Shown: positions 36,709 through 47,282, counted from the first letter of the stretch. The stretch is DNA of 64,000 nt from an uncultured Alphaproteobacteria bacterium (GCA_910577095.1 CAJTLY010000002.1:957-64956), one strand, 5' to 3'. The notes: generated from the sequence alone by a model not told the origin. Translations and numbers: made by a program.

Positions 36709-39003
36709 TTAAGATTTGATACACAGAATATAGTAAGTACCGTCTTTAACTTCGACCCCGTGAGTATCATGCCCGAACCCGGGGAAACTGCGGTCAAAGT
36801 TTTGCAGAGCTTTAAGATAGCCGAGCAGCGGGCCGTCGGCAGGACCGGCGTTTTCACCCGGCATCATCAACGGAATTCCGGGCGGATACGGAACCACGCC
36901 GGTGGCCAAAGTCTTTCCGGCAATTTCATCCAAATTCAGTGAAACCACATTATTGTGCACCAGATTTTCATACGCTTCCACCGGCGTCATATCGGGATGC
37001 GGAAGCACGGAAAACGCCGAAGCAAGCGCTTGGGTGGTTCCCAGCTCCTTCATCGCCGCAAACATCTTGTCGGCCAGGTCTTTTAAACCCATATCCCGAT
37101 AAGTGTCGCCGTACCGGTTGACCAGTCCGGGAAGCACGCGGCTCAACGGCGCATTGTCGTCATAGTCGCTTTTAAACTCAAACAAAGCGTTAAGCAAAGT
37201 TCCCCATTTGCCGTTGGTTACTCCGAGCGAGAAAAGGAACAGAATCGTAAAGTCGGTCGTTTTCTCGACAATGATTCCCTTATTGTCAAGATATGCGCTG
37301 ACAATTGCCGCCGGCAAACCTTGTTTTTCCAGTTTGCCGTCCGGCCCCACGCCCGGCGTCACGATCGACACCTTGATCGGATCCAGCATGCAGAAGCCCG
37401 GTTCGACATCGCCGAAACCGTGCCATTCCTCGTTGGGACGCAACAGCCAGTAGTCGGGATCGGTTGCCAGATCTTCTTCCGCAATTTCCAAAAACGGTAT
37501 TTTCTTACCGCTGTCCTTGTCAATTGCAAAATCCGGCTGCCAAGCTTTGAAAAACCAGTCCTTTTTACCGCTGAATTCGGCATTGAGCCGCGCCAACGTA
37601 CGGCGGAAGGAAACCGCCTCACGGATCGAAACGTCGGTCAGCGCCCGGCCGCCCGGACCGTCCATCATCGCCGCACTGATGTCGTTGGACGCGATAATCG
37701 GATAAAACGGCGAAGTGGAGGCCTGCATCATAAAAGCTTCGTTAAAACGCTGATGATCAATCGGATTACGGCCTTCGCGGATATGAATCATCGATGCCTG
37801 AGAGAAAGCCGCCAGCAATTTATGAGTGGACTGAGTTGCAAACATGGTCGGTCCCTTGCGGTCGTCGTCTTTGGGATCGCAACACATCGCAAAACGCCCT
37901 TTATACATCGGATTAAAACGTGCATAGCCGTACCATGCCTCGTCAAAATGAAGGCGGTCGACACTCTGCCCCAGCAGCTCTTTGACCTTGTTGACATTGT
38001 AACAAAGCCCGTCATAGGTCGAGTTGGTGATAATGGCATGAACCGGCGTGGTATCCATTCCGTCTTTCACCAGCGGATTATCGGCAATTGCCTGACGCAC
38101 CGCATCCGGCGTCATCCGGTCGGGCGTAATCGGGCCGATAATACCGTAACGGTTGCGGGTGGGCACCATATAAGTCGGAACGGCGCCTGACATGGTAATG
38201 GCGTGTTCAACCGACTTGTGACAATTGCGGTCGCAAAGGGCAATCTGGTTACGGGTCACACTCGCCATCAGCACCACCCGGTTGGAAGTTGAAGTTCCGT
38301 TAGTCACATGATAGGTGCGGTCGGCGCCGAAAACCCGTGCCGTATACCGTTCGCTTTCGCCGATCGGTCCCGAATGATCCAGCAGAGAGCCCAAAGCTCC
38401 CACCGAAATCGAAAGATCGGAACGGAAAATCGGTTCACGGAAAAAGTTGAAAAAAGCGCGGCCGGCCGGCGAACGCAAAAAACCGGTGCCGCCGGTATGC
38501 CCCGGCGTATGCCACGAATATTCGTGCACTTTGGAAAAGTCGGCCAACGCACTGAACATCGGCGGCAGAATAAACCGACGATAACGGTCCGCCGCCGCCA
38601 AAATGCGGCCGCCGATAAAATCGGGCGTATCTTCCAAAACCCAGATAAAATCGTTGACATTCTCCAAAATTTCGGTCGGAACTTCCGAAGCGTCGGTCCG
38701 TCCCGCCAACAAAAATACCGGCAGTTCGCGGTTGTGTTCGCGCAAAACTTTCAGCACTTCGATCGTATGGCGATAATCCTCGTCGTTGCGGCGGCTCAAC
38801 CGTAACAGCACGCACTGAATGGCCGGGTCGGTCGACAAGATAGCCTTGGCATCGCCGCAGCTTTCGGAAACTTCGACTTTGACGTCTTTGGCTTCCAATT
38901 CGTTTTTAATTCCGCGCACCGTCCGCGCAGCGGCGGTATTATCGTTTATTCCGTCATAAATTATCAGGACTTTTATTCCCAATGGATCGTTATGGTCTTT
39001 CAT
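36709..39003 (-). CDS. adiA: biodegradative Orn/Lys/Arg decarboxylase, closest by eye to arginine decarboxylase AdiA
   Basis: Wing domain plus PLP core. DRLHFDEAWYGYARFNP, QSTHKLLAAFSQASMIH (PLP Lys), FLFSLGVTNGKWGTL and PYPPGIP. ATG at 39003 after AAGGAGA. Substrate is assigned from remembered AdiA/CadA alignments only. Confidence 0.6.
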   Translation of the reverse strand: MKDHNDPLGIKVLIIYDGINDNTAAARTVRGIKNELEAKDVKVEVSESCGDAKAILSTDPAIQCVLLRLSRRNDEDYRHTIEVLKVLREHNRELPVFLLAGRTDASEVPTEILENVNDFIWVLEDTPDFIGGRILAAADRYRRFILPPMFSALADFSKVHEYSWHTPGHTGGTGFLRSPAGRAFFNFFREPIFRSDLSISVGALGSLLDHSGPIGESERYTARVFGADRTYHVTNGTSTSNRVVLMASVTRNQIALCDRNCHKSVEHAITMSGAVPTYMVPTRNRYGIIGPITPDRMTPDAVRQAIADNPLVKDGMDTTPVHAIITNSTYDGLCYNVNKVKELLGQSVDRLHFDEAWYGYARFNPMYKGRFAMCCDPKDDDRKGPTMFATQSTHKLLAAFSQASMIHIREGRNPIDHQRFNEAFMMQASTSPFYPIIASNDISAAMMDGPGGRALTDVSIREAVSFRRTLARLNAEFSGKKDWFFKAWQPDFAIDKDSGKKIPFLEIAEEDLATDPDYWLLRPNEEWHGFGDVEPGFCMLDPIKVSIVTPGVGPDGKLEKQGLPAAIVSAYLDNKGIIVEKTTDFTILFLFSLGVTNGKWGTLLNALFEFKSDYDDNAPLSRVLPGLVNRYGDTYRDMGLKDLADKMFAAMKELGTTQALASAFSVLPHPDMTPVEAYENLVHNNVVSLNLDEIAGKTLATGVVPYPPGIPLMMPGENAGPADGPLLGYLKALQNFDRSFPGFGHDTHGVEVKDGTYYILCIKS

Positions 39004-39018
39004 TTTCAATTCTCCTTG

Positions 39019-40500
39019 TTAATTTTGCCAGGCGGGGCTGGAAACCGTAGAGGTGTTGATATATTCGTTGAGCCGCTGCGAGCTGTATTCGCCCAACGAA
39101 ACCCAAAACATGGCAATCAATGCCGCAATCGTAATCGCCAGGGTCATATAACGCACCCAAACCGGAACACAGCAGCCGCCCGGCTTGATCCCCGTATCCT
39201 TAATTTCCAGTTTGCGATTGACCGAAAGTTCGTAGAAAATAATCGTCGAGATAACAAAAATCAGCGCCCAACGCGTTTGTCCGCTGTCCGAACCGATCAT
39301 TGCCGCCATGCTGTACAGGGCGCCGATCAGACCGACAATCGTATAGAACAATCCCTGACTGTCCGACATTTTCTCATGGCCGAGGATTTTGATCGCCACA
39401 CAGGAATAAATATACGGCAACAACGTCATGATAACGGCAATCGAGGCAATTTTGCCAAACTGTTCGGAAGCGGTCGGAGACATCGTTGCCAAAACCTGCA
39501 GCGTCATGATCCCTGCCACGATGGCCAACCCGGCCGCCGGCACGCCGCGTCGGTTGACCCGCGCAAATATGTTGGCAAACAATCCGTCCTTGGCTGCCGC
39601 TTGAGCGGTCTGACCGACCAAAAGCGTCCATCCGGCCAGCGAACCCAGACAACCGATCGCTGCACAAACCGCGACGATTTTTCCGGCTGTGCTGCCCAAC
39701 GCAATGCTCACGGCCTCGGAAAACGGCGCCGACGAAGTGATCAGTTCTTTGTTGGGAATAATCCCCATAATTGCCGATGAACTGAGAACGTAACATACGG
39801 CCGCCAAGAGAACGCCGACCACGGTTGCAATCGGCACATTGCGCGCCGGATCTTTTACGACCGCCGTCGAAACCGAGGCGCTTTCAACGCCGATAAAAGC
39901 CCACAGCGTGAAATTCAACGTCATGCCGACAGCGGTAAAGTCACTTTCTCCGGTCACGTTCCAGCCTTCCATGTAAGTTTCGCCGCTAAACCAAAACCAA
40001 CCCAGCAGCGCCACGCCGACAATCGGAAACAGAGCCACGGTTGTCGTAATTCCCTGCATCCGGCCCACCACTTTCGGACCGAGAATGTTGGCGTAAGTAA
40101 AAAACCAAATGACCGAAATCTGTGCCAAGGCCATGACCAGAGGATCTTTCAACGAAGGGAAAAACGGTGTCAGGTACCCCAATCCGGCCACGGCCAGACC
40201 AACGTTGCCGATCACATTTGCCAACCAATAAACAAGGTTGGTCTGATAACCCATATAATCGCCGAACGCCCTGCGTGCATAAGCATAAGGCCCGCCGGCG
40301 GCGGTGTTGATTTCGGTTAATTTGGCAAACACCAAACCTAATGCAACGGCGCCCACAACCGTAATCAACCAGCCGATGATGGCAATACTGCCGATACCGG
40401 CAAGGTTGGCCGGCAACATAAAGACGCCGGAACCCATCATATTTCCGGCAACCATCAAAATGGCCGGAATCAGTCCGATTTTATTGCTTTCGCGTACCAT
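39019..40500 (-). CDS. adiC: APC-family amino-acid/polyamine antiporter (AdiC-like)
   Basis: KIGLIPAILMVAGNMMGSGVFMLPANLA closely resembles the E. coli AdiC N-terminus. 12 or more TM segments. It lies directly upstream of the decarboxylase. Confidence 0.6.
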   Translation of the reverse strand: MVRESNKIGLIPAILMVAGNMMGSGVFMLPANLAGIGSIAIIGWLITVVGAVALGLVFAKLTEINTAAGGPYAYARRAFGDYMGYQTNLVYWLANVIGNVGLAVAGLGYLTPFFPSLKDPLVMALAQISVIWFFTYANILGPKVVGRMQGITTTVALFPIVGVALLGWFWFSGETYMEGWNVTGESDFTAVGMTLNFTLWAFIGVESASVSTAVVKDPARNVPIATVVGVLLAAVCYVLSSSAIMGIIPNKELITSSAPFSEAVSIALGSTAGKIVAVCAAIGCLGSLAGWTLLVGQTAQAAAKDGLFANIFARVNRRGVPAAGLAIVAGIMTLQVLATMSPTASEQFGKIASIAVIMTLLPYIYSCVAIKILGHEKMSDSQGLFYTIVGLIGALYSMAAMIGSDSGQTRWALIFVISTIIFYELSVNRKLEIKDTGIKPGGCCVPVWVRYMTLAITIAALIAMFWVSLGEYSSQRLNEYINTSTVSSPAWQN

Positions 40501-40680
40501 ATTTTTCTTCCCGATTAAAAAATTTGTATATTTCACCACTCTTAAATAATCGGCTTTTACAAAGTTACAATTCCCTGTACCGGTTTTTTATTTTTCGGAT
40601 AAAGCCTTTATAATCAAAGTTTTATTTAAAGTAAGACCGCAATGATTATGTTGAAAAAGTAATCTTTTAAGGAGGTTTTT

Positions 40681-41439
40681 ATGAAAACAACATACAAATA
40701 TGCCTTTGCCGCCGCGTTGACCGCCGCTTTTTGCATGACGGGAAACGTTTTGCAAAACGGAAACGCAAACGCCGGTGAAGACAACGGAAACTTAAATCTT
40801 ACCACCACCCGCAACCCAAACCGGGTCAATATTAACACAACACAAGGAGAACGAAACATGTCCGAAGATAATTACAATCAAAACAACCGCGATGCCGTTC
40901 GTAACGACAACAACAATAACAACAACAACGCATCGTTTGACAACAACAACAACAATAACGACAACGCATCGTTTGACGGCAACAATAACAACAGTCAAAA
41001 CCGCGGCGAAGACAAAAGCGCTTGGGAAAAAACCAAAGAAGGCGCTGCTCTGATCGGTGACGCCATCGCCGAAAAATCCGGCGACGCTTGGGACGCCACC
41101 AAAGAAGGCGCTGCCAAGGTATGGGACAAGACCAAAGAAGTGAGCGGCAACGCTTGGGAAGCAACCAAAGACGGTGCAGCCAAAGCCGGCAATGCCATTT
41201 CCGAAAAGTCGAGCGACGCCTGGGAAGCAACCAAAGACGGCGCGGCCAGAGCCGGTGACGCCATTTCCGAAAAGTCGAGCGACGCCTGGGAAGCCACCAA
41301 AGACGGTGCGGCCAGAGCCGGTGACGCCATTTCCGAAAAATCGAGCGACGCCTGGGAAGCCACCAAAGACGGTGCGGCCAGAGTAAACAATGCCAACCGT
41401 GAAAACGTCAGAAACACCAACAACGGAATGTATGAATAA
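40681..41439 (+). CDS. secreted low-complexity/tandem-repeat protein
   Basis: Signal peptide, Asn-rich tract (NDNNNNNNNASFDNNNNNNDNASFDGNNNN), then 22-residue repeats SEKSSDAWEATKDGAARAGDAI. Confidence 0.7.
   Translation: MKTTYKYAFAAALTAAFCMTGNVLQNGNANAGEDNGNLNLTTTRNPNRVNINTTQGERNMSEDNYNQNNRDAVRNDNNNNNNNASFDNNNNNNDNASFDGNNNNSQNRGEDKSAWEKTKEGAALIGDAIAEKSGDAWDATKEGAAKVWDKTKEVSGNAWEATKDGAAKAGNAISEKSSDAWEATKDGAARAGDAISEKSSDAWEATKDGAARAGDAISEKSSDAWEATKDGAARVNNANRENVRNTNNGMYE
41200..41390 (+). repeat. 66-bp tandem coding repeat, about 3 near-identical copies, with degenerate copies back to about 41068
   Basis: The unit tccgaaaagtcgagcgacgcctgggaagc.accaaagacgg.gcggccagagccggtgacgccatt starts at 41200, 41266 and 41332. 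Confidence 0.85.
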
Positions 41440-41456
41440 ACCGAAACTTTTGCCAA

Positions 41457-41492
41457 ACGCCTTCCGTTTAAATCCGGAAGGCGTTCGCATTT
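41457..41492 (+). terminator. intrinsic terminator
   Basis: ACGCCTTCCG-loop-CGGAAGGCGT followed by cgcatttt. Confidence 0.5.
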
Positions 41493-41625
41493 TAAAGCTC
41501 GGCCGCCATTATCGCAATTGCATATTTTTTACGTGTCTCCCCTTGGATTATATAACTCATATCCCCATATCCACAAGAAGCGATATGAGGAAATGCTGAT
41601 AAAAATATAATATGGGGACATCCTG

Positions 41626-44049
41626 ATGAAAAAAATTGCCATCCTGCTTTTGCTGTTGTTTCAGTCGGTATCGGTTTATGCCCAGACAACACCGGACGCC
41701 GCCGCTGCCTTCGATCCCGCCAAAACCGGCAAACAGCTCGACAACATGACCGCGACCCTCAACAGCGGCAAAGCCACCCGTGAGCAGACGGCCGCTTTTT
41801 TGCAAACGCTGACCCAAACTCAGGAAACTTTGTCGCAGGTACGGCAACAACATACAACCGAACTTGATTCGGTACAAAGAAAGCTCAATGCCCTCGGTCC
41901 AGCACCGGAAAAGGACGACAGCGAACCGGCGACGATTTCGCGCCAGCGTAAAGATTTTACCAAAACCGCCAACAGCCACAAAGCGCAAATTGCCCAGATT
42001 GATTTGCTCTCAGCCAAAATCGACGACATCAACAATCTGATTCTCAAGGTGCGCAACCGGCAGCTTTTGGACAGCATTTTGGTTAAACAAAGTTCCATCT
42101 TTCATCCTCAGCAATTTTGGGAATCGCTTACCAGTTTTGCCGGTTTTTTGTTCGAACTGGTGAAGTCGCCGCTTAACTGGTATCAAAAACTTTCGTCCGA
42201 ACGTCAAACCACGGTCAAAAATAATATTCTCGCGGTCGTTCTGGCGATGCTGGCCGCGTTGGCCACCGCTTATTTGCTCAGCCGCTACATCAAACACTGG
42301 TTCGGTTATCGCGAAAACATCGAATATCCCGACTATTCGCAAAAAGTACGGGCAGCCGTATGGATGCTGATTGCCCGCGGCGCGATTCCGGCGGCCGTGA
42401 TCGGGGCATTTTTGTTTTGGCTCAGAAACAACGATCTGGTCAACACCGACGCTTTCGGACTGTTGTTAAATACGGCGGCGCTTTACGTGCTTTCCTATTA
42501 TCTGGTCAAAGCGGCAGTTAAGGTTATCTTTACCCCGTTTAACGGCAAATGGCGAATTATCGAAGTCGGTGACGGCTGCGCCAAATCCATCAGTTCGGCA
42601 TTGATTGTTTCGGCCGCGGCCATTTGCATCGTTTCTTTCTTTCAAAGCGTGGCCGATCAAATGGCTTATGACAACTCAATCATTTATTCGTTAAAGATTT
42701 TTGCCAACGCGGTCAAGGCCTTTTGCGTGGTTTGGGTTACCCGGACCGCCCTCTATGACAACAAAACCCTTTCCGACACAGACATCAGCGGCGATACCCC
42801 TATAGCCGAATTGAGCACTTCTTCAAAGATCAGCCTCGCCGTTACCTTTGTCATGATCGTCGCCTTCTCCTTTTCTTTGTTCGGCTACATCCGCCTGTCC
42901 GAATACATTATCAACCGTTTTATCATTTCCGCGGTGGCGGTGGGCATTCTCTATATCATTGACAAACTGCTGCGCGGCCTGTTTCATCGCATATTGCAGT
43001 TTCGGTTCTGGGTATTGACGTTTCGGATCAGCCGGCGCACGCTGATTAAGAGCGAATTTTGGTTCGGACTGTTGTTAACGCCGGTCATGTGGGTTGTCGG
43101 AATTATTCTCCTGCTGGGCATCTGGGGCGTTTCGGTCGATCTGTTGCTGGCCCGCATCAAGGGCTTTTTGGTCGGCTTTAACATCGGCGGCGTTCATATC
43201 TCGATCACCTCCATTTTGCTTGGCATTGTCAGCTTTTTTGTTTTGCTGTCGCTTTTCAAAATGCTTAAAAACAGTTTTCTCAGCGGCAGCCTCAGCAAAA
43301 TCGAGATGAACGACGGCCTGCGCAATTCGGTCGTTTCGTCAATCGGCTTTTTGGGTTTCATTATTTCGGGACTGCTGGCGATCGCGGTCATGGGCGGCAG
43401 TCTCAGCAGTATTACCATTATTGCCGGGGCGTTGTCGTTCGGGGTCGGTCTCGGGCTGCAGAACATGGTCAGCAACCTGGCGGCAGGTATGACGATTTTG
43501 TGGGAACGGCCGATTAAAATCGGCGACTGGGTCAATATCGGCGGTCAGGAAGGCATCGTCAAAAGAATCAATATGCGCTCGACCGAAATTGAAACCTGGG
43601 ACAAGGCAACCGTCATTGTCCCGAATTCGGACATTCTGTCAAAGAGCCTGATCAACTACACCTACGGCAACAAGACCGGACGGGTGGTCGTTAAGGTCGG
43701 CGTCGGTTACGACAGCAACGTCGAACAAGTTAAACAGACGCTGCTTGAAATTGCCGCTTCCAACCCTAATGTTCTGGCAACGCCGGCGCCGTCGGTGGTT
43801 TTTACCAACCTCGGCGACAGCAGCCTCGATTTTCAACTCAACTGTTTCACCGCCAACGTATTCAACCGTTCTTCCATCGGTGACGATCTGCGCGACAAAA
43901 TCATCAAACGTTTTCGGGAGCTGGATATAAACATCCCTTTTCCGCAACAGACGGTGCATTATGAAGCCGCGGCACCGGATCAAAACACGGCGGCTGCTCA
44001 GGTACAGGCGGACCGTTCGGAAGCCGAACCGACCAACGCCGAAAGCTGA
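41626..44049 (+). CDS. large mechanosensitive channel of the MscS superfamily (MscK/KefA-like)
   Basis: Signal peptide, periplasmic coiled coil, and about 10 TM segments. MscS core GLGLQNMVSNLAAGMTILWERPIKIGDWV ... TVIVPNS. Confidence 0.85.
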   Translation: MKKIAILLLLLFQSVSVYAQTTPDAAAAFDPAKTGKQLDNMTATLNSGKATREQTAAFLQTLTQTQETLSQVRQQHTTELDSVQRKLNALGPAPEKDDSEPATISRQRKDFTKTANSHKAQIAQIDLLSAKIDDINNLILKVRNRQLLDSILVKQSSIFHPQQFWESLTSFAGFLFELVKSPLNWYQKLSSERQTTVKNNILAVVLAMLAALATAYLLSRYIKHWFGYRENIEYPDYSQKVRAAVWMLIARGAIPAAVIGAFLFWLRNNDLVNTDAFGLLLNTAALYVLSYYLVKAAVKVIFTPFNGKWRIIEVGDGCAKSISSALIVSAAAICIVSFFQSVADQMAYDNSIIYSLKIFANAVKAFCVVWVTRTALYDNKTLSDTDISGDTPIAELSTSSKISLAVTFVMIVAFSFSLFGYIRLSEYIINRFIISAVAVGILYIIDKLLRGLFHRILQFRFWVLTFRISRRTLIKSEFWFGLLLTPVMWVVGIILLLGIWGVSVDLLLARIKGFLVGFNIGGVHISITSILLGIVSFFVLLSLFKMLKNSFLSGSLSKIEMNDGLRNSVVSSIGFLGFIISGLLAIAVMGGSLSSITIIAGALSFGVGLGLQNMVSNLAAGMTILWERPIKIGDWVNIGGQEGIVKRINMRSTEIETWDKATVIVPNSDILSKSLINYTYGNKTGRVVVKVGVGYDSNVEQVKQTLLEIAASNPNVLATPAPSVVFTNLGDSSLDFQLNCFTANVFNRSSIGDDLRDKIIKRFRELDINIPFPQQTVHYEAAAPDQNTAAAQVQADRSEAEPTNAES

Positions 44050-44086
44050 AAAGGCATCCGATCCCGGCTTTTTCTGTGGCCGCCTT

Positions 44087-44938
44087 TTATTCGGTCCTCG
44101 GACAGGGGAAGTTTTCGACCAGAATTTCGGCCATCAGCGAAATCATGTCCTGAGGCTGAATGTCTGCCGGCAAATCACGCAGTTTTTTCGCGGCTTTTTC
44201 GTTAACGGCCTCTGCCAATTCCAACAGCCGGGCGACTTCTTCATCGTTATAATTCTGATCCTGAGGTTTGGCCCAACTGCCGATTTCGCAGGCATGGCCG
44301 CCCTGCTTTAATTCATAACCGATCCGGCTGAGCAGGACGATATATTGAGTATAATATTCGCTTTCCTGATCCGAAATGGCGAGCGGCCACAGCAAGATCG
44401 TCTTCATAAGGCCTTCTTTGCGGTGATGAACTTTGGAAGACACCAACGAATCATGATATTTTATTTTTTGCCCCAACCTGATGACATTTTCCATTCCCGG
44501 GCGGCTCAAAAGGGGCTGGCTGACGTCGCATTTATAATAGAATTTAACCCCGATCAGCCCGACAATGAAAAGCAATAAAACAATCAGCCACACATATCTT
44601 TCAAAACGGCGGCGGACGGCCGACTTTCCGCTTTCTTTTTTCAGTCTTTCCTGCAACGCTTTTTCCAGATAACCGGCGCTTTCGTTACCGCCGGTTTGAC
44701 GAACGGCCTGCACGTAGCCGGCAATCCGCCGGTCGGCTTCTTCCGGATCCGGGCGGTCTTGCAAAACCTGATAAACAAAATCGGCAACAAACTGTTTGAC
44801 CGTTTCGCAACTTTGACCTATCAGTTCTTCGACTTTGCTTTGTTCCAGATTGGGATCTTCACGCAGCTGTTTTTGATGAAGGATAACGTCAATTCGCTCG
44901 GTCAGCTGAATCATTTCTTCCATTTCATCATTTCTCAT
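44087..44938 (-). CDS. hypothetical membrane protein
   Basis: ATG at 44938 after GGAGAAGGA. One central TM (YVWLIVLLLFIVGLIGV). No family recognised. Confidence 0.55.
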   Translation of the reverse strand: MRNDEMEEMIQLTERIDVILHQKQLREDPNLEQSKVEELIGQSCETVKQFVADFVYQVLQDRPDPEEADRRIAGYVQAVRQTGGNESAGYLEKALQERLKKESGKSAVRRRFERYVWLIVLLLFIVGLIGVKFYYKCDVSQPLLSRPGMENVIRLGQKIKYHDSLVSSKVHHRKEGLMKTILLWPLAISDQESEYYTQYIVLLSRIGYELKQGGHACEIGSWAKPQDQNYNDEEVARLLELAEAVNEKAAKKLRDLPADIQPQDMISLMAEILVENFPCPRTE

Positions 44939-45128
44939 TTTCCTTCTCCGTTTTGCAGTTCCCGCCTCGTGCACAGTGTTCTTTCGTTATCACTAACAAT
45001 TCGCCTTTAAATAGTCAATATTTTGTTGCAGCAGCCTTATTTATAATTAAAACCGTATCTTGACTTTTTGAAAAAAAGCGTTTTGTATGGAACAAACCGA
45101 CACAATTGTGCCAAAGGGAGAAAACAAC

Positions 45129-45668
45129 ATGAACCGAAGACTGATTGCAGCAACCGCCGCCGCCCTTTTTTTAATCGTTATGACCGCCGGCTTTTGGCTC
45201 GCGCTGCCCAAACTCCGCGCTCCCGCGGCCGCACCGACCGAAGAACGCGCCGATAAAATCAAAATTGAAAAAGGAGAGCGAAAACTCTATCTGTTAAAAC
45301 AGGGAAAAGTAATCAGAGAATATCAAATTGCCCTCGGTTTTGCGCCCAAAGGCCACAAACAACGCGAAGGCGACGGCAAAACCCCCGAAGGACTGTATCG
45401 AATTTCCGGTCGCAATCCCCACAGCAAGTTCCATTTGTCGCTGAGAGTTTCGTACCCCAACGCCGAAGATCGTAAACAAGCCGCGGCCAAAGGCGTCAGT
45501 CCCGGCGGTGACATCATGATTCACGGCCTGCCCAACGCCACCCCCTTTCTCGGCAGTCTCCACCGGTTGAAAGACTGGACGGCCGGCTGCATTGCGGTCA
45601 CCAACGACGAAATTGAAGAGATATGGGCCCTTACTCCCGACGGAACGCCGATTGAAATTTTGCCCTAA
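45129..45668 (+). CDS. L,D-transpeptidase-fold protein (YkuD domain, YafK-like)
   Basis: GDGKTPEG ... SYPN ... IMIHG ... DWTAGCIAVTN is the catalytic His/Cys motif. Confidence 0.8.
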   Translation: MNRRLIAATAAALFLIVMTAGFWLALPKLRAPAAAPTEERADKIKIEKGERKLYLLKQGKVIREYQIALGFAPKGHKQREGDGKTPEGLYRISGRNPHSKFHLSLRVSYPNAEDRKQAAAKGVSPGGDIMIHGLPNATPFLGSLHRLKDWTAGCIAVTNDEIEEIWALTPDGTPIEILP

Positions 45669-45775
45669 ACAACTGATTTAATCGTTTTTTCGCATTAAAT
45701 CCTATTGACAAGCGACGGCACTGCCTGTAGCATACGGCGAGTTTTAATAAAATGAGGTCAAAAAATTAACCTGTC

Positions 45776-47110
45776 ATGAGTCCCGCATACGTTTATGTAT
45801 TTAATCTGGTACTGGTGCTGCTGCTGGTATTTGCCAACGCTTTTTTTGTTGTTTCCGAATTTGCAATCGTCAAGATTCGCCGCACCAAACTGGAAGAACT
45901 GGCTCATTTCGGTAACAAACGAGCCGAAACCGCTCTCAAAATTACCGAAAATCTCAATACCTATTTAAGCGCCATCCAACTCGGCATTACCCTTGCTTCG
46001 CTCGGGTTGGGCTGGATCGGCGAACCGGCGGTTTCAAAATTGCTCGAAGACCTGTTCGGCAACTTTTTTGCCGGCAATCCCGTTCTGCTGCACTCGGTCA
46101 GCTTCGGCGCCGCTTTCGGCTTTATCACCCTGTTGCACGTCGTGCTCGGAGAACTGGTTCCGAAGTCGCTGGCCATTCAAAATACCGAAAATTATGCGCT
46201 GCTGATTGCCAAGCCGCTGTATGTTTTCAAGCACGTTTTTTCTCCGTTCATTTGGATCTTTGACAATGTAACCGCCGGGATTCTGCGCCTGATGGGGGTT
46301 CAGCCGTCCAACGAAAACGATGATGCCCATTCGGAAGAAGAGATCAAACTGATCATTGACGCTTCGCAAAAAGGCGGCGTGATTGACGATACCGAAGGCG
46401 AAATCATTCAAAACGCGATTGATTTTTCGGAAATCTATGCCCACGAGATCATGATCCCGCGGCAGGACATGAAATGCCTTTATAAAGATTATACGCTTGC
46501 CGAAGCCATGAACTTCATAAAAACCCACAACCATACCCGTTTTCCGTTATGCGACCGTGACAAAGACCACATCATCGGCATGCTGCATATCCGCGATTTG
46601 CTCGAGTATGAGGGCGACGGCAACGACACCGACATTCTGACCCAGCTGGCGCGCAAGATATTGTTTGTTCCCGAAAACAAGTCGATTTCGGAAATTCTGC
46701 ACCAAATGATGCTGCGTCATATTCATTTGGCCATTGTCGTCGACGAATACGGCGGAACCGCCGGACTGTTGTCGATGGAAGACATTTTGGAAGAACTGGT
46801 CGGAGATATCATGGACGAGCATGACGACATTACGGACGAACCGATCAAAAAAATCAACGATTCTGTCTGCGAATTTGACGGCGTGGTGCTGGTGGAAGAC
46901 GCTTTTGACTGTATGGGACTGCCGGAATGCGAACACGAGGAAAGCACGATCGGCGGCTATGTCTTCGGCCTGCTCGGCCGACTGCCGAAAATCGGTGACA
47001 AAGTTGAAGACGTTTACTGCCATTATGAAGTGATCGGAGTTGACAATATGAGGATCACCCGCGTTAAAGTTCTGATCAAGTCCACCGGCGAATCCGGCCA
47101 TGAGGCCTAA
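45776..47110 (+). CDS. CNNM/DUF21-CBS-CorC_HlyC family protein (TlyC/CorC-like)
   Basis: N-terminal 4-TM DUF21, a CBS pair, and a C-terminal CorC_HlyC-like region (GGYVFGLLGRLPKIGD). Confidence 0.8.
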   Translation: MSPAYVYVFNLVLVLLLVFANAFFVVSEFAIVKIRRTKLEELAHFGNKRAETALKITENLNTYLSAIQLGITLASLGLGWIGEPAVSKLLEDLFGNFFAGNPVLLHSVSFGAAFGFITLLHVVLGELVPKSLAIQNTENYALLIAKPLYVFKHVFSPFIWIFDNVTAGILRLMGVQPSNENDDAHSEEEIKLIIDASQKGGVIDDTEGEIIQNAIDFSEIYAHEIMIPRQDMKCLYKDYTLAEAMNFIKTHNHTRFPLCDRDKDHIIGMLHIRDLLEYEGDGNDTDILTQLARKILFVPENKSISEILHQMMLRHIHLAIVVDEYGGTAGLLSMEDILEELVGDIMDEHDDITDEPIKKINDSVCEFDGVVLVEDAFDCMGLPECEHEESTIGGYVFGLLGRLPKIGDKVEDVYCHYEVIGVDNMRITRVKVLIKSTGESGHEA

Positions 47111-47282
47111 AAACATCCTCATTTGTCAAATCTTTATTTATGCCCTGTCCTTGTCGGCGGGGCATAAAATTTTTTGCATAAAGGGCGCCTTTTAAAATTT
47201 AATTAACAAAAGCAGTTGTCTTTTTTAGAAAAAGATTATATAAAATAAGGAATTATAATCATTCAGTCAGGACAATAAAATC

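Noticed and set aside
37321-39796. Long ORFs antisense to the decarboxylase and antiporter genes (289, 262, 165 and 140 aa)
   Set aside because: They are Arg/Pro/Gly-rich shadow frames opposite strongly supported genes.
40792-41490. Antisense and alternative-frame ORFs across the tandem-repeat gene, and the possibility that the repeats form a CRISPR array
   Set aside because: The repeats are contiguous 66-bp units with no spacers and lie in frame in a signal-peptide-bearing ORF. This is a coding tandem repeat and not a CRISPR array.
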